Below, in pieces: positions 39,405 through 48,919 of a stretch of 64,000 nt of DNA. Source of the DNA: a virus (Duplodnaviria; Caudoviricetes); IMG/VR virus record IMGVR_UViG_3300028864_000017; one strand, given 5' to 3'. The notes under the pieces are model-generated. The model made no database searches. It was not told the origin of the DNA and saw only the letters and a program-made list of their open reading frames with translations. The number at the start of each line of letters is the position of its first letter. Position 1 is the stretch's first letter. The translations under genes and the position numbers were made by a program.

Positions 39405-40604
39405 ATGAAACAAATTATCAACAGTATTTTAGATACTGACCTTTACAAGTTAAGTATGATGCAGTTTGTCATAGAACATTATCCTGATGCGAAAGGAGAA
39501 TATACGTTTAATAATCGTGATAAATCTATGATTTTCAATCGTAAATCTATCAAAATTATCAAAAAACAAATCAAATTGATGGAAAATTTGAAATTGACTG
39601 ATGATGAGTATGATTATTTGAAAGAAAAAGTAGGTTATATTTCTGTCTCTGCTCGTCAATATTTAGCTGCATATAAATTTAATTCTTCACAAGTTAATAT
39701 CACTCACGAAGAAAATGGTGAACTTAACATAAAAATTGAAGGTTTTTGGAGGGATGCAATACTTTGGGAGGTTCCTTTGATGGCTATCATATCAGAAGTT
39801 TATTTCAAAGTGATGGATAAAGATTGGAACATGGATGGACAAGTAGAATTAATCAACGAAAAAGGAAAACTATTAAGTGATGCTGGAGCGACATTTGCTG
39901 ATTTTGGTACTCGCAGAAGACGTAATTTTATGACACAAGATATTGTGGTTCGTGAATTATGTAAATATACAGGATTTGTTGGTACAAGTAATCCATTTCT
40001 TGCAATGAAGCATGGTGTTAAAGCTACAGGAACATGTGCTCATGAGGCTATATCTGGTGTAGCAGCATTAGAAAGTCTTAATCATCCTAATAAGATTTTC
40101 ATGAAAAGATGGCAAGAAACATTTCAAGGTGACTTAGGTACAATGTTACCTGATACTTTTGGACTTGAATCTTTCTTATCTGATTTTTCTTTACAAGATG
40201 CAAAATTGTGGGATAGTGTTAGACATGATAGTGGAGATGCTCACCTTTTCACTGATAAAATTGTTGAAAATTATAAAAAATTAAATATTAATCCAATGAC
40301 AAAATCTATTATTTTTAGTAATGCATTGGATGTTTATTCTGCTATTGAATTGATAGAATATTGTAAAAATAAAATTCTTTGCTCTTTTGGTATTGGAACT
40401 CATTTTACAAATGATTTCAAAAAAGAGAGTGTTACGAATTTAAAAAGTAAACCAATGAATATGGTAATTAAACTTACTCGTATGAATGGAGTTCCTTGTG
40501 TTAAATTATCAGATGATCCTGGTAAAGCAATTGGAGATTCTAAAATGGTTGAAATAATGAAATATATTCATTTTGATATTATAAAAAATAATTATGAAAA
40601 ATGA
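39405..40604 (+). CDS. pncB: Nicotinate phosphoribosyltransferase
   Basis: LDTDLYKLSM, DFGTRRR, GTCAHE, RHDSGD, FGIGT, KLSD.PGK. Confidence 0.93.
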   Translation: MKQIINSILDTDLYKLSMMQFVIEHYPDAKGEYTFNNRDKSMIFNRKSIKIIKKQIKLMENLKLTDDEYDYLKEKVGYISVSARQYLAAYKFNSSQVNITHEENGELNIKIEGFWRDAILWEVPLMAIISEVYFKVMDKDWNMDGQVELINEKGKLLSDAGATFADFGTRRRRNFMTQDIVVRELCKYTGFVGTSNPFLAMKHGVKATGTCAHEAISGVAALESLNHPNKIFMKRWQETFQGDLGTMLPDTFGLESFLSDFSLQDAKLWDSVRHDSGDAHLFTDKIVENYKKLNINPMTKSIIFSNALDVYSAIELIEYCKNKILCSFGIGTHFTNDFKKESVTNLKSKPMNMVIKLTRMNGVPCVKLSDDPGKAIGDSKMVEIMKYIHFDIIKNNYEK

Positions 40605-40636
40605 TATTTAGAGTAATTATATCACATTAAATTTAA

Positions 40637-40674
40637 TAAAAAGAGAATACATTAACTTGTATTCTCTTTTTTTT
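40637..40674 (+). terminator. Intrinsic terminator
   Basis: AAAAAGAGAATACA-TTAACT-TGTATTCTCTTTTT. Confidence 0.8.
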
Positions 40675-40725
40675 GTTAAACATAATCAATTTTTATTTAT
40701 ATAATAGATAAATAAAAACATTATT

Positions 40726-41625
40726 ATGAATAAATTTTTAAATAAAATAATATGTGGAGATGCAGTTGATGTGATGAAAAATATACCTGATAATTCTATA
40801 GATTTGACCGTTACATCTCCACCATATGGTTCATTAAGAACATACAAAGGAATTATAAAAGATAAAGATCATTTTGATGGTTATAGTTTTCCATTTATAC
40901 CAATGGTAGAGGAATTATATAGAATAACTAAAGATGGAGGAGTTGTTGTTTGGGTTATTGGTGATCAGATAGTTGATGGCTCTGAGAGTGGTGATTCTTT
41001 TAGACAAGCATTAAAATTCAAAGAAATAGGCTTCAATATTCATGATACAATGATATATCACAAGAATGGACCTGCATTTCCTGAATCAGGTAGATACTCA
41101 CAAGTATTTGAATATATGTTTGTATTTTCAAAGGGTAAGCCTAAAACTGTTAACTTATTTCGTGATAAAGAGAATCGTTGGGCAGGAAGTAAAAATTTTG
41201 GAACTCCAAGTGCTAGAACTAAAGATGGTGAATTAAAAAAAAGCAAAAGTTTCACTGTTAGTAAATTAGGGTATAGATATAATGTTTGGCATATAAATAA
41301 TGGAGCAGGTTTTACCACAAAAGATAAATTTGCATATGCTCATCCTGCTGCATTTCCAGAAAGTTTGGCAGAGGATCATATCTTATCATGGAGTAATGAA
41401 GGAGATATAGTATTAGATCCTATGTGTGGTTCAGCTACTACTTGTAAAATGTCTAAGATGAATAATAGAAATTTTATAGGAATTGATATTAATGAAGAAT
41501 ATGTTGAAATATCAAACAAAAGAGTTGATATTAAGCCTTATACTAATGATTCACCTAATGAAAAATTAAAATTTATTATTAGTAGAGAACAAATATTAGC
41601 AAATAGAAAGAAAAAAGAAAAATGA
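40726..41625 (+). CDS. DNA methyltransferase (N6/N4, beta class)
   Basis: TSPPYG, HPAAFP and VLDPMCGSATT motifs. Confidence 0.92.
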   Translation: MNKFLNKIICGDAVDVMKNIPDNSIDLTVTSPPYGSLRTYKGIIKDKDHFDGYSFPFIPMVEELYRITKDGGVVVWVIGDQIVDGSESGDSFRQALKFKEIGFNIHDTMIYHKNGPAFPESGRYSQVFEYMFVFSKGKPKTVNLFRDKENRWAGSKNFGTPSARTKDGELKKSKSFTVSKLGYRYNVWHINNGAGFTTKDKFAYAHPAAFPESLAEDHILSWSNEGDIVLDPMCGSATTCKMSKMNNRNFIGIDINEEYVEISNKRVDIKPYTNDSPNEKLKFIISREQILANRKKKEK

Positions 41626-41984
41626 TAGAAGAGCCTACTTTATTAGATTATAAAGCATATAATTTGTGTTGGAATTATTGTACTATTAATTTTAAAAAAC
41701 AGATAGATTTAACAACTTTCATTAAGTATAAGGATGTTCATATTAAATATTATAATGAAGCAAGAAAAATATTTAGAAAAGAAAAATTGATAAATTTATA
41801 TGATGTAGGTTTGAATATAAAACAAAAATCATCATGTAATTTAACAACTGAACAGAAAGATGAACTCATCTCAGATTTATATAATATTCGTTCATTTGAT
41901 GATATAGTAAATGATGAATCTAAATTAATAAATAATATTATAAGATCAGAAAAAATAGAGAAATTAAATAAACTATTCAAATAA
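41622..41984 (+). CDS. Hypothetical protein with two RxxK[LI] motifs
   Basis: FRKEKLINL internally and IRSEKIEKLN at the C-terminus. Confidence 0.65.
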   Translation: MIEEPTLLDYKAYNLCWNYCTINFKKQIDLTTFIKYKDVHIKYYNEARKIFRKEKLINLYDVGLNIKQKSSCNLTTEQKDELISDLYNIRSFDDIVNDESKLINNIIRSEKIEKLNKLFK

Positions 41985-42001
41985 TATTTTATAAATATTA
42001 A

Positions 42002-42691
42002 ATGGATTATAAAGATTTAGTATATATTGACATTGAAACTGCAGGATTTTATCCAAATTTATCATCTCTAAAAGAAGATGATATTAGAGGATATGATCTT
42101 TTTATGCGTAAATTAGATAGAAAAAGTTTACAATTTTTGGATTGGAAAGAAGATCCAAATGATGTTTATCTCAATAAATCATCATTGATACCAGAATTTG
42201 GTAGAGTTGTTTGTGTTTCTATGTCTAGAATAACTAAAAATGATGAAATTAAAATGATGTCAATATGTGATGAGGATGAAGAATATATAATTAAAAAAAC
42301 TCAGCAATCACTAATGAATGTATCTAATAATTCTTTATTAGGTTTGAGTGGATTTTATATAAAAGGATTTGATATACCATGGCTAAACAGAAAAATGCTG
42401 AAGTATGGATATATAATTCCTAAAATTCTTAAAACTCATAGTGTTAAGCCATGGGATATGAATGTTGTTGATCTAGCTGAGGTTTGGAAAAGTCTTGGCA
42501 CATTAGAACCTGTATCATTTGATGAAATGTTATATTCTTTAAATGTTGATAGTCCAAAAGATTTAATGGCTGGTAAAGATGTTCATAAATATTTTTGGGA
42601 AACTAAAGAATTAGATAAAATTCAAAATTATTGTGAAAAAGATGTTATGGGTTGTGTTAAAGCCGCAAAAAAAATCGTACATCTAATATAA
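42002..42691 (+). CDS. Stand-alone PolB-type 3'-5' exonuclease (DEDDy)
   Basis: YIDIET, GFYIKGFDIPWL and YCEKDV motifs. Confidence 0.85.
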   Translation: MDYKDLVYIDIETAGFYPNLSSLKEDDIRGYDLFMRKLDRKSLQFLDWKEDPNDVYLNKSSLIPEFGRVVCVSMSRITKNDEIKMMSICDEDEEYIIKKTQQSLMNVSNNSLLGLSGFYIKGFDIPWLNRKMLKYGYIIPKILKTHSVKPWDMNVVDLAEVWKSLGTLEPVSFDEMLYSLNVDSPKDLMAGKDVHKYFWETKELDKIQNYCEKDVMGCVKAAKKIVHLI

Positions 42692-42704
42692 AAAAAATTA
42701 AAAT

Positions 42705-42896
42705 ATGAAAACAAGAACAGATTTGTTGATAGATACTCTTACTAATGATAGTGGTAGGCGTGTTTTTACTATAAATGAAACTAAACAATTGATTAAAATT
42801 TCTCAATTAGAAGCTATTAATGATGAAGATGAATTGAATAAAGAAATTTTAAAATTTAAACAATCCTATGTAGATAGTGTCAGTTGGAAATTCTAA
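42705..42896 (+). CDS. Hypothetical protein
   Basis: Short ORF in operon. Confidence 0.55.
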   Translation: MKTRTDLLIDTLTNDSGRRVFTINETKQLIKISQLEAINDEDELNKEILKFKQSYVDSVSWKF

Positions 42897-42954
42897 AATA
42901 GAAACAAATATAAATAATATGAGTATATCATATTATAAAAATTAAAAGTAATAA

Positions 42955-44031
42955 ATGACAAAAATTATAACAAGTCCAGAAAGATTTGATGAAGAAAAAG
43001 GAAATAATGTGTGTGTTTTTTTAGGTGGTCCTATTCAAGGTGCTCCTAATTGGCAAAATGATATATGTAATGATTTATCAGGATATAAAAATTTAGTAAT
43101 TACTAATCCAAGAAGAAAATCATTAGACAAATCAAAATTTAATTTTGATGAACAAGTAAAATGGGAGACAGAATATTTAAATGAATCTGATATTTTAGTT
43201 TTTTGGATTCCAAATGAAGAAGAAAAAATAGAAGGTAGAATGTATGGTCAAACTACTAGATTTGAAGTCGGTGAATGGATATCAAAATGTAGTGAGAAAA
43301 TAATAATTGGAATTGATGATGAATTTCCAATGAAAAGATATATTAAAAATAGACTTGAAAACGATTATAATGTTAAAGTTCTTAATAATTATAAAGATGT
43401 TTTAAGCGAAGTTAAAAATAAAATAGATTTTTTATCTAATTCTAAACCAGATACTTTTTTTACATCTGATGATCACTTTGGAAGTAAAAGAACACTAGAA
43501 TTATCTAAACGTCCTTTCACTTCAGTTGAAGAAATGAATCAATGTATGATTAATTTCTGGAATTCAGTAGTTAAACCTAATGATAATGTTTATAATTTGG
43601 GTGATTTTGGTGATTATTCATTCATTAATAAATTGAATGGTAATATATTTTTAATATTAGGAAATTATGAAATTGATGAAATGAATAAAGATTACAAAGG
43701 TGATTTTAATTTATTTAAGAAAATGTTGTTGAAAAAAGGGTTTAAAAACGTGTATAATGATTTGATAATTTCTACTAATATTGATGATGAAAAGGTTTTA
43801 CCATTTAAAGAATTTGATAAAAAAGATAATTTATTTATGACTCATGAACCATTAAATGCTGATAAAAAGTATTTTACTCTATTTGGACATATACACGGTA
43901 GACAAATGGTAAAAAGATATGGACTAGATGTTGGTGTAGATGGACATCATTTTAAACCAATTAATATGAAAGAAGTGCTGTTTTATAAAGAAGCAATTGA
44001 AAAATTTTATGATAATAACGTATTTGAATAA
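42955..44031 (+). CDS. Fusion: nucleoside 2-deoxyribosyltransferase-like domain plus calcineurin-like metallophosphoesterase
   Basis: VFLGGPIQ..NWQ..NPRR..QVKWE; then SDDHFG, LGDFG, GNYE, HEP, GHIH. Confidence 0.8.
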   Translation: MTKIITSPERFDEEKGNNVCVFLGGPIQGAPNWQNDICNDLSGYKNLVITNPRRKSLDKSKFNFDEQVKWETEYLNESDILVFWIPNEEEKIEGRMYGQTTRFEVGEWISKCSEKIIIGIDDEFPMKRYIKNRLENDYNVKVLNNYKDVLSEVKNKIDFLSNSKPDTFFTSDDHFGSKRTLELSKRPFTSVEEMNQCMINFWNSVVKPNDNVYNLGDFGDYSFINKLNGNIFLILGNYEIDEMNKDYKGDFNLFKKMLLKKGFKNVYNDLIISTNIDDEKVLPFKEFDKKDNLFMTHEPLNADKKYFTLFGHIHGRQMVKRYGLDVGVDGHHFKPINMKEVLFYKEAIEKFYDNNVFE

Positions 44032-44033
44032 TA

Positions 44034-44405
44034 ATGAAAACAATTTCAGTGAAACAACCATGGTCATATCTAATATGTTCAGGAATAAAAGATGTTGAAA
44101 ATCGTAGTTGGAAAACTAATTTTAGAGGAAGAGTATTGATTCATTCTTCTAAAAAAATATCAGATGCTATTATGAGTATAGAACAACAAAATAATATTTT
44201 ATTTGATATAAATAAAAAAATGAAATTTGGTTCAATTATAGGAAGTGTTGAAATTGTTGATTGTATAATAAATTCTAACTCAATTTGGGCTGAAAAAGGT
44301 ACATATCATTGGATATTAAAAAATCCAATATTATTTGATGCTCCAATTGAAAATATAAAAGGAAAATTGAATTTCTGGAATTATGATATTGATAATTTAT
44401 ATTAA
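44034..44405 (+). CDS. ASCH-domain protein
   Basis: ISVKQPWS.LI..GIKDVENRSW.T.FRG.VLIH. Confidence 0.88.
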   Translation: MKTISVKQPWSYLICSGIKDVENRSWKTNFRGRVLIHSSKKISDAIMSIEQQNNILFDINKKMKFGSIIGSVEIVDCIINSNSIWAEKGTYHWILKNPILFDAPIENIKGKLNFWNYDIDNLY

Positions 44406-44473
44406 ATAATATAATTATATTATTGTATATAAATAAAAATGTGTATCTTTACACTCAAATTAATAATTAAAAA

Positions 44474-44917
44474 ATGATAATTAAAAATAAAAAAGCTTCT
44501 TATGAATATGAACTACTTGATAATTTTGTATCAGGTATTATATTAGTTGGAACAGAAATAAAATCAATTAGATTAGGTAAAGCTTCTATTGTTGATAGTT
44601 ATTGTGCTTTTCAAGGTGATGAATTATTTTTATTGAATTCTCATATTGATGAATATGAATTTGGTAATAGATATAATCATGAACCAAGACGACAAAGAAA
44701 ACTTTTACTTAAAAAGAAAGAATTGTCTAAAATTCGTAAGAAAGTAAAAGAAAAAGGATTTACTATTATAGCTAAAAATATGTTTATAAATGAAAAAGGA
44801 CTTTGTAAGGTTACTATTTGTATAGCAAAAGGTAAAAATACATATAGTAAAAAAGAACACATAAAAGAAAGAGATATTAAAAGAGACACTGATAAAATCT
44901 TAAAATCTTATAAATAA
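44474..44917 (+). CDS. smpB: SsrA-binding protein
   Basis: NKKASYEY, GIILVGTEIKSIR, HEPRRQRKLLL, KGKNTYSKK. Confidence 0.95.
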   Translation: MIIKNKKASYEYELLDNFVSGIILVGTEIKSIRLGKASIVDSYCAFQGDELFLLNSHIDEYEFGNRYNHEPRRQRKLLLKKKELSKIRKKVKEKGFTIIAKNMFINEKGLCKVTICIAKGKNTYSKKEHIKERDIKRDTDKILKSYK

Positions 44918-44924
44918 TATAAAC

Positions 44925-45371
44925 ATGATTAAATCAAGTAATTTAGATTATTGTTTTACCACACCTAAAAATTATTCAAGAAAGGGAGTTATATGTACTT
45001 GTTTATGCTCAATTGAACTTGATAATATTAGAACTGAATTGAATTCTATTAAAGTTGTTTATAGTGTGAATCCTACTGGAGGCTATTCAATTCCAAAATT
45101 GTCAAAAAATGGTAGATTAAAAAAATATTGGAAAACTAATTATTGTAATTGGGGTACATTTAATGAAATAATAGAAATTCCTTATATTTTTTCAAAATTG
45201 AAAAATGAGGATTATACTATAATAACATCTTTTTTTAAAAGAGATCATGTTATGATGCCATTTGTAGAAAAAATAATAATAAATAATTTAAGTGAGTATA
45301 ATTTACTTAAATTAAAAATTGATAGAAAAAATAAATTAGGAAATATTATAAAAGATTCATCATATGAATAA
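44925..45371 (+). CDS. Hypothetical protein with C-terminal RxxK[LI] tag
   Basis: Ends DRKNKLGNIIKDSSYE. Confidence 0.6.
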   Translation: MIKSSNLDYCFTTPKNYSRKGVICTCLCSIELDNIRTELNSIKVVYSVNPTGGYSIPKLSKNGRLKKYWKTNYCNWGTFNEIIEIPYIFSKLKNEDYTIITSFFKRDHVMMPFVEKIIINNLSEYNLLKLKIDRKNKLGNIIKDSSYE

Positions 45372-45455
45372 ATTGAAAGATTTAATTGATATTAGTAGAA
45401 GAAGAAAATTATGCGAAATATAATTAAAAAATTATTTTATTTGATATAATTTTAT

Positions 45456-45463
45456 TATCTTTG
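45456..45463 (+). promoter_or_regulatory. Bacteroidota sigma-A -7 element
   Basis: TATCTTTG upstream of 45485. Confidence 0.6.
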
Positions 45464-45484
45464 TGGTAAATAATAAATAATAAT

Positions 45485-46540
45485 ATGAAAATTGAAACCT
45501 CAGATTGTGTAGCAGCAATTGTTGATTATTTCATTGAAAAAGATCTTCCAAACTACTCATTAGTACGTGCATCATCATGGAAAAGAGTGTCAAAATCTGG
45601 TAAAGGTGATTCTATCATTAGAGTTTTTAGAAATTCTGACACGAAAGATTTAATTAATGTGACATCATCAGAACATGAAATTTTAAGTGTGAGTGAAACT
45701 GGTGCACAACCAAATGTTTCAAATTTCAAGACATTTGTTGCTCCACAAAAAAGGACCATGAAGTGTAAATGTAAAAATTGTGGCTCAAGTGAAGTTATGT
45801 TATGTATATCACCTTCTGATGGTGAAGATGGTTATGATTTTTATCCTAATAAACTAACACAGAAAAAAGCAAAAAAATTAGTTAAAAATTCTGATGAATC
45901 TATTTGGATATGTCTTGGTAAATGTGAAGATGAAACTTCTGCAGTAGTTGAAATAGATGGTAAAAAAATAACAGATTCAGATGATTTCATAGAATATATT
46001 GCTGATTATGGTAACCCAAAATTAGATAAAATTGATACAAATTCAATTCCTGTAAAAAAGAAAAATGATATTATAAAAGCAGTTAAGATTGGAGATTTAG
46101 AAGAAGTACGAGAATATATTAAAAATGGAGGTGATTTAGATTCTTATATAGGAGATTTACCCGAAAATAAAGATACTAGTGATAGAGGTAATGTTCTACA
46201 AACTTTGTTATTATATGCAATAGATCAACAACAATGGGAAGTTGCTGTCAATCTTATAAATGGCGGATGTGATGTTAATAAACCTTATAAACATATCATT
46301 TCAACCCCATTGATGGAAATATTATCAAATAAGTATAAATCTTCAAAAATTTTGGATGTTATAGATGCATTGATGTCTCATGGTGCTGATTTGAGTATTA
46401 AAACTAATGGATATAATGATATAGATCTTGATGGAAAAGATGCTTTTGATTGTGCTGATATGTGGAGTAAAAAACAACACAAACAACATATTATTGATAA
46501 TTATCCAAAACAATATCAAGAATATTTAAAAAATAAATAA
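45485..46540 (+). CDS. Multi-domain protein: unknown N-domain, Cys-rich Zn-ribbon, C-terminal ankyrin repeats
   Basis: CKNCGS..C; AVKIGDLEEVREYIKNGGD, TLLLYAI..GCDVN, TPLM..HGADL. Confidence 0.78.
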   Translation: MKIETSDCVAAIVDYFIEKDLPNYSLVRASSWKRVSKSGKGDSIIRVFRNSDTKDLINVTSSEHEILSVSETGAQPNVSNFKTFVAPQKRTMKCKCKNCGSSEVMLCISPSDGEDGYDFYPNKLTQKKAKKLVKNSDESIWICLGKCEDETSAVVEIDGKKITDSDDFIEYIADYGNPKLDKIDTNSIPVKKKNDIIKAVKIGDLEEVREYIKNGGDLDSYIGDLPENKDTSDRGNVLQTLLLYAIDQQQWEVAVNLINGGCDVNKPYKHIISTPLMEILSNKYKSSKILDVIDALMSHGADLSIKTNGYNDIDLDGKDAFDCADMWSKKQHKQHIIDNYPKQYQEYLKNK

Positions 46541-46542
46541 TT

Positions 46543-46911
46543 ATGAATCTAACTGCAGAAAATGTACACGACATTTTTAAAAAATGTTTATCTAATGATA
46601 GTGTAGAAACAAAAATAGTAGATGGTGTATTAACCAAAGCTAATTTTTGTGTTAAAAAATTGGAAGAAAATAAATCCAACATATCAGATATGCTAAATGA
46701 TTTACCTGATAATTTTAAAAAAGGAACTGGTGATGGATGGTCATTTCTCAATATGTGTGAGGATAAGAATGGGGTTCAATGGACAGATTTTCATGTTACT
46801 GTTGATGAATTGGTTTGTTTAGGTATAGCAGTTGATAAAATGACGTATTTGATGCCTAGAGAGTTGTGGAATGTTCTACCTGGAGGTATGCCTTATTTGG
46901 TAATAAATTAG
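46543..46911 (+). CDS. Hypothetical protein
   Basis: Ends PRELWNVLPGGMPY. Confidence 0.7.
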   Translation: MNLTAENVHDIFKKCLSNDSVETKIVDGVLTKANFCVKKLEENKSNISDMLNDLPDNFKKGTGDGWSFLNMCEDKNGVQWTDFHVTVDELVCLGIAVDKMTYLMPRELWNVLPGGMPYLVIN

Positions 46912-47405
46912 AAAATATGAAGGAATTTAAGATTAATAAAGATAAAAAGCAATTAAATAAAAAAGATTGTTATGAAATTGTAGTCACTTTTATGGAAGGT
47001 GATGCAGATGGTTTTGAAAAATTAAATTTTGTTTTTGATAAATCTAAATTAGAAAATTTGGTTTTTAAAAAATATGTATCAGATTTTATTGATTCTATTG
47101 ATGCCTGTGTGGAACTTGATAATAAAGGTAGATTAGGATTTAATAGTGTGGAAGAAACCGCTAAATGGTATGGATATGGAAAAGATAGATGCAAACACAA
47201 TTATGGTGGTGCTGTTGAATGGGGTAGATTTTGTGAATGTAGAAATGAATTAAGTAATAAATTTGATGATTTAGCACCTTATCAAGAAGAAGATAATTTC
47301 TTTTCTTATACTATTCCAAATGATGAATGGTATACTTCATATGATAGAATTGATATGTATTATTATGATTCAAATGGTATTAGATTTGATGTTGATATAG
47401 AATAA
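46866..47405 (+). CDS. Hypothetical protein
   Basis: ORF; true start probably MKEFK near 46917. Confidence 0.65.
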   Translation: MECSTWRYALFGNKLENMKEFKINKDKKQLNKKDCYEIVVTFMEGDADGFEKLNFVFDKSKLENLVFKKYVSDFIDSIDACVELDNKGRLGFNSVEETAKWYGYGKDRCKHNYGGAVEWGRFCECRNELSNKFDDLAPYQEEDNFFSYTIPNDEWYTSYDRIDMYYYDSNGIRFDVDIE

Positions 47406-47482
47406 TATCTTAAAATAATTGTATAAAATATAAATAATATTAATATTTTATATAATTATTTTTAAGAGATAAAAAAATACTT

Positions 47483-47490
47483 TATCTTTG
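47483..47490 (+). promoter_or_regulatory. Bacteroidota sigma-A -7 element
   Basis: TATCTTTG upstream of 47521. Confidence 0.6.
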
Positions 47491-47520
47491 TGACACAATT
47501 AAAAATAACACAAAGAAATT

Positions 47521-47913
47521 ATGAGAAGAAGAATTTTAGAAACATCAGATGAAATTATACAAGATAAAATATGTAGATTTTTAGAAATAAATTTTCATAA
47601 AACTGCGATTTTTGAGGACACAAGAGCTAAGAAAGTTTGGCATATTACAAATTCAAAAACTCCTAAAAATTATAATTTTTTTAGTGAATTTTCAAAAGAA
47701 ATACAGGCTATTGAACATAGCAAAGAAGAATATGATAGAGTTCGAAATGAACATGAAAAAATAAAACCAAATATTTTCATTGGTGGAAATTTTATTGCTG
47801 CTGGTGTAGATATTGATGAAGCTATTCAAAGCTTAAAAATGTTAGGTAGACGTAGAGATGAATCATTATTTGAAGTTGAAGAATTTGACGGTATTTGGAT
47901 TGCATATGATTAA
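47521..47913 (+). CDS. Hypothetical protein
   Basis: ORF after the promoter. Confidence 0.7.
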   Translation: MRRRILETSDEIIQDKICRFLEINFHKTAIFEDTRAKKVWHITNSKTPKNYNFFSEFSKEIQAIEHSKEEYDRVRNEHEKIKPNIFIGGNFIAAGVDIDEAIQSLKMLGRRRDESLFEVEEFDGIWIAYD

Positions 47914-47939
47914 AAATTTAATAATTTTAAAAAATAATT

Positions 47940-48140
47940 ATGAAAAAATTTAATAAAATATTTAATAATATTTTCGTGATATTAGTTATGATATCGAATA
48001 TTATAATTATGTATAATATTATTATTTTAGATGAACAAATAAGCAACAATTATTTGTTTATCGGATTGTCTGGATTAATTTTATTTTGTACAGAAATTAT
48101 AACAAGAGAAATAAAAAACAATAGGAATGAGAACATTTGA
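47940..48140 (+). CDS. Small two-TM membrane protein
   Basis: Two hydrophobic helices. Confidence 0.6.
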   Translation: MKKFNKIFNNIFVILVMISNIIIMYNIIILDEQISNNYLFIGLSGLILFCTEIITREIKNNRNENI

Positions 48141-48429
48141 AGATTTCACTAAGCAAGAACCAATGTATGTAATTAAAGTTAAAGATAAGGAATTATATTT
48201 AAATAATACATCATTTGGATTTAAAGGTAGTGAGACAACATATAAAATAATTTGTAAATATCCTGAGATTTTTGCAAGTAGAAGTGATTGTAATGAAACA
48301 CTATCTTTTTATAAATTAGGAAAAGATAAGATAATCAATGACATATCATTTTTTAATAAAAATGGTGAATTAGAAAAAGATAATTCGACTGTTGATGACT
48401 TAGAAATAAAAAAAATAAAAATAATATAG
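48127..48429 (+). CDS. Hypothetical protein
   Basis: ORF in operon. Confidence 0.6.
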   Translation: MRTFEDFTKQEPMYVIKVKDKELYLNNTSFGFKGSETTYKIICKYPEIFASRSDCNETLSFYKLGKDKIINDISFFNKNGELEKDNSTVDDLEIKKIKII

Positions 48430-48495
48430 TAATATTAGGTATATTGAATAAATTGTATTACTTTTGTACTATAAATAATAATTAAAAAATAAATT

Positions 48496-48675
48496 ATGAA
48501 ATCAAAAAGTGTATTATTAGTTTTCGTTGTTTCTGTGATGTTGTGTAGTTGTTCACAAAATGGACTTTATAATAGTAAAAATACTCACAAAAACAGCACA
48601 AAGAATCATGAAGTCAATTCAAATGGTTTATATGCATATGAATATTTCAAAAATAATACAATATATATTTGGTAG
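48496..48675 (+). CDS. Small lipoprotein (59 aa), not in the ORF track
   Basis: MKSKSVLLVFVVSVMLCSCSQN... signal peptide II with lipobox; own TACTTTTG promoter at 48459-48466. Confidence 0.7.
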   Translation: MKSKSVLLVFVVSVMLCSCSQNGLYNSKNTHKNSTKNHEVNSNGLYAYEYFKNNTIYIW

Positions 48676-48699
48676 ATTAAAAACTTTATTGTAATTTTG
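48668..48699 (+). promoter_or_regulatory. Bacteroidota sigma-A promoter for the interrupted tRNA
   Basis: TTTG-N20-TAATTTTG; near-identical to 49436-49467. Confidence 0.8.
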
Positions 48700-48717
48700 T
48701 TTTAAAATATAAGAGAT

Positions 48718-48903
48718 CGGTTGGTAGCTCAATAGGTAGAGCAGTTGGATTAGTTAATTCTAATCGTATTAATAAGAAAAAATTTTAAAGAAGTAAGTGA
48801 TTCAATATAATTAGCTAATGTGGAGAATGACTGAAAATGAGAGATTAATATTGTTAATATCATAACAGGCAAAAGATAGGGGGTTCGAATCCTTCCCAAC
48901 TGA
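48718..48903 (+). tRNA. Interrupted tRNA-like gene (about 110-nt insert in the anticodon region; identity undetermined)
   Basis: Acceptor CGGTTGG/CCAACTG-A, D-arm GCTC-AATAGGTA-GAGC and T-arm GGGGG-TTCGAAT-CCTTC flank an AT-rich insert. Confidence 0.6.
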
Positions 48904-48919
48904 CAATAAATTATGAAAA

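Noticed and set aside
48749-48870. Group I intron in the interrupted tRNA
   Set aside because: TGAGAGATTAA loosely resembles the R element, but no S element or P7 partner follows and the insert is only about 110 nt.
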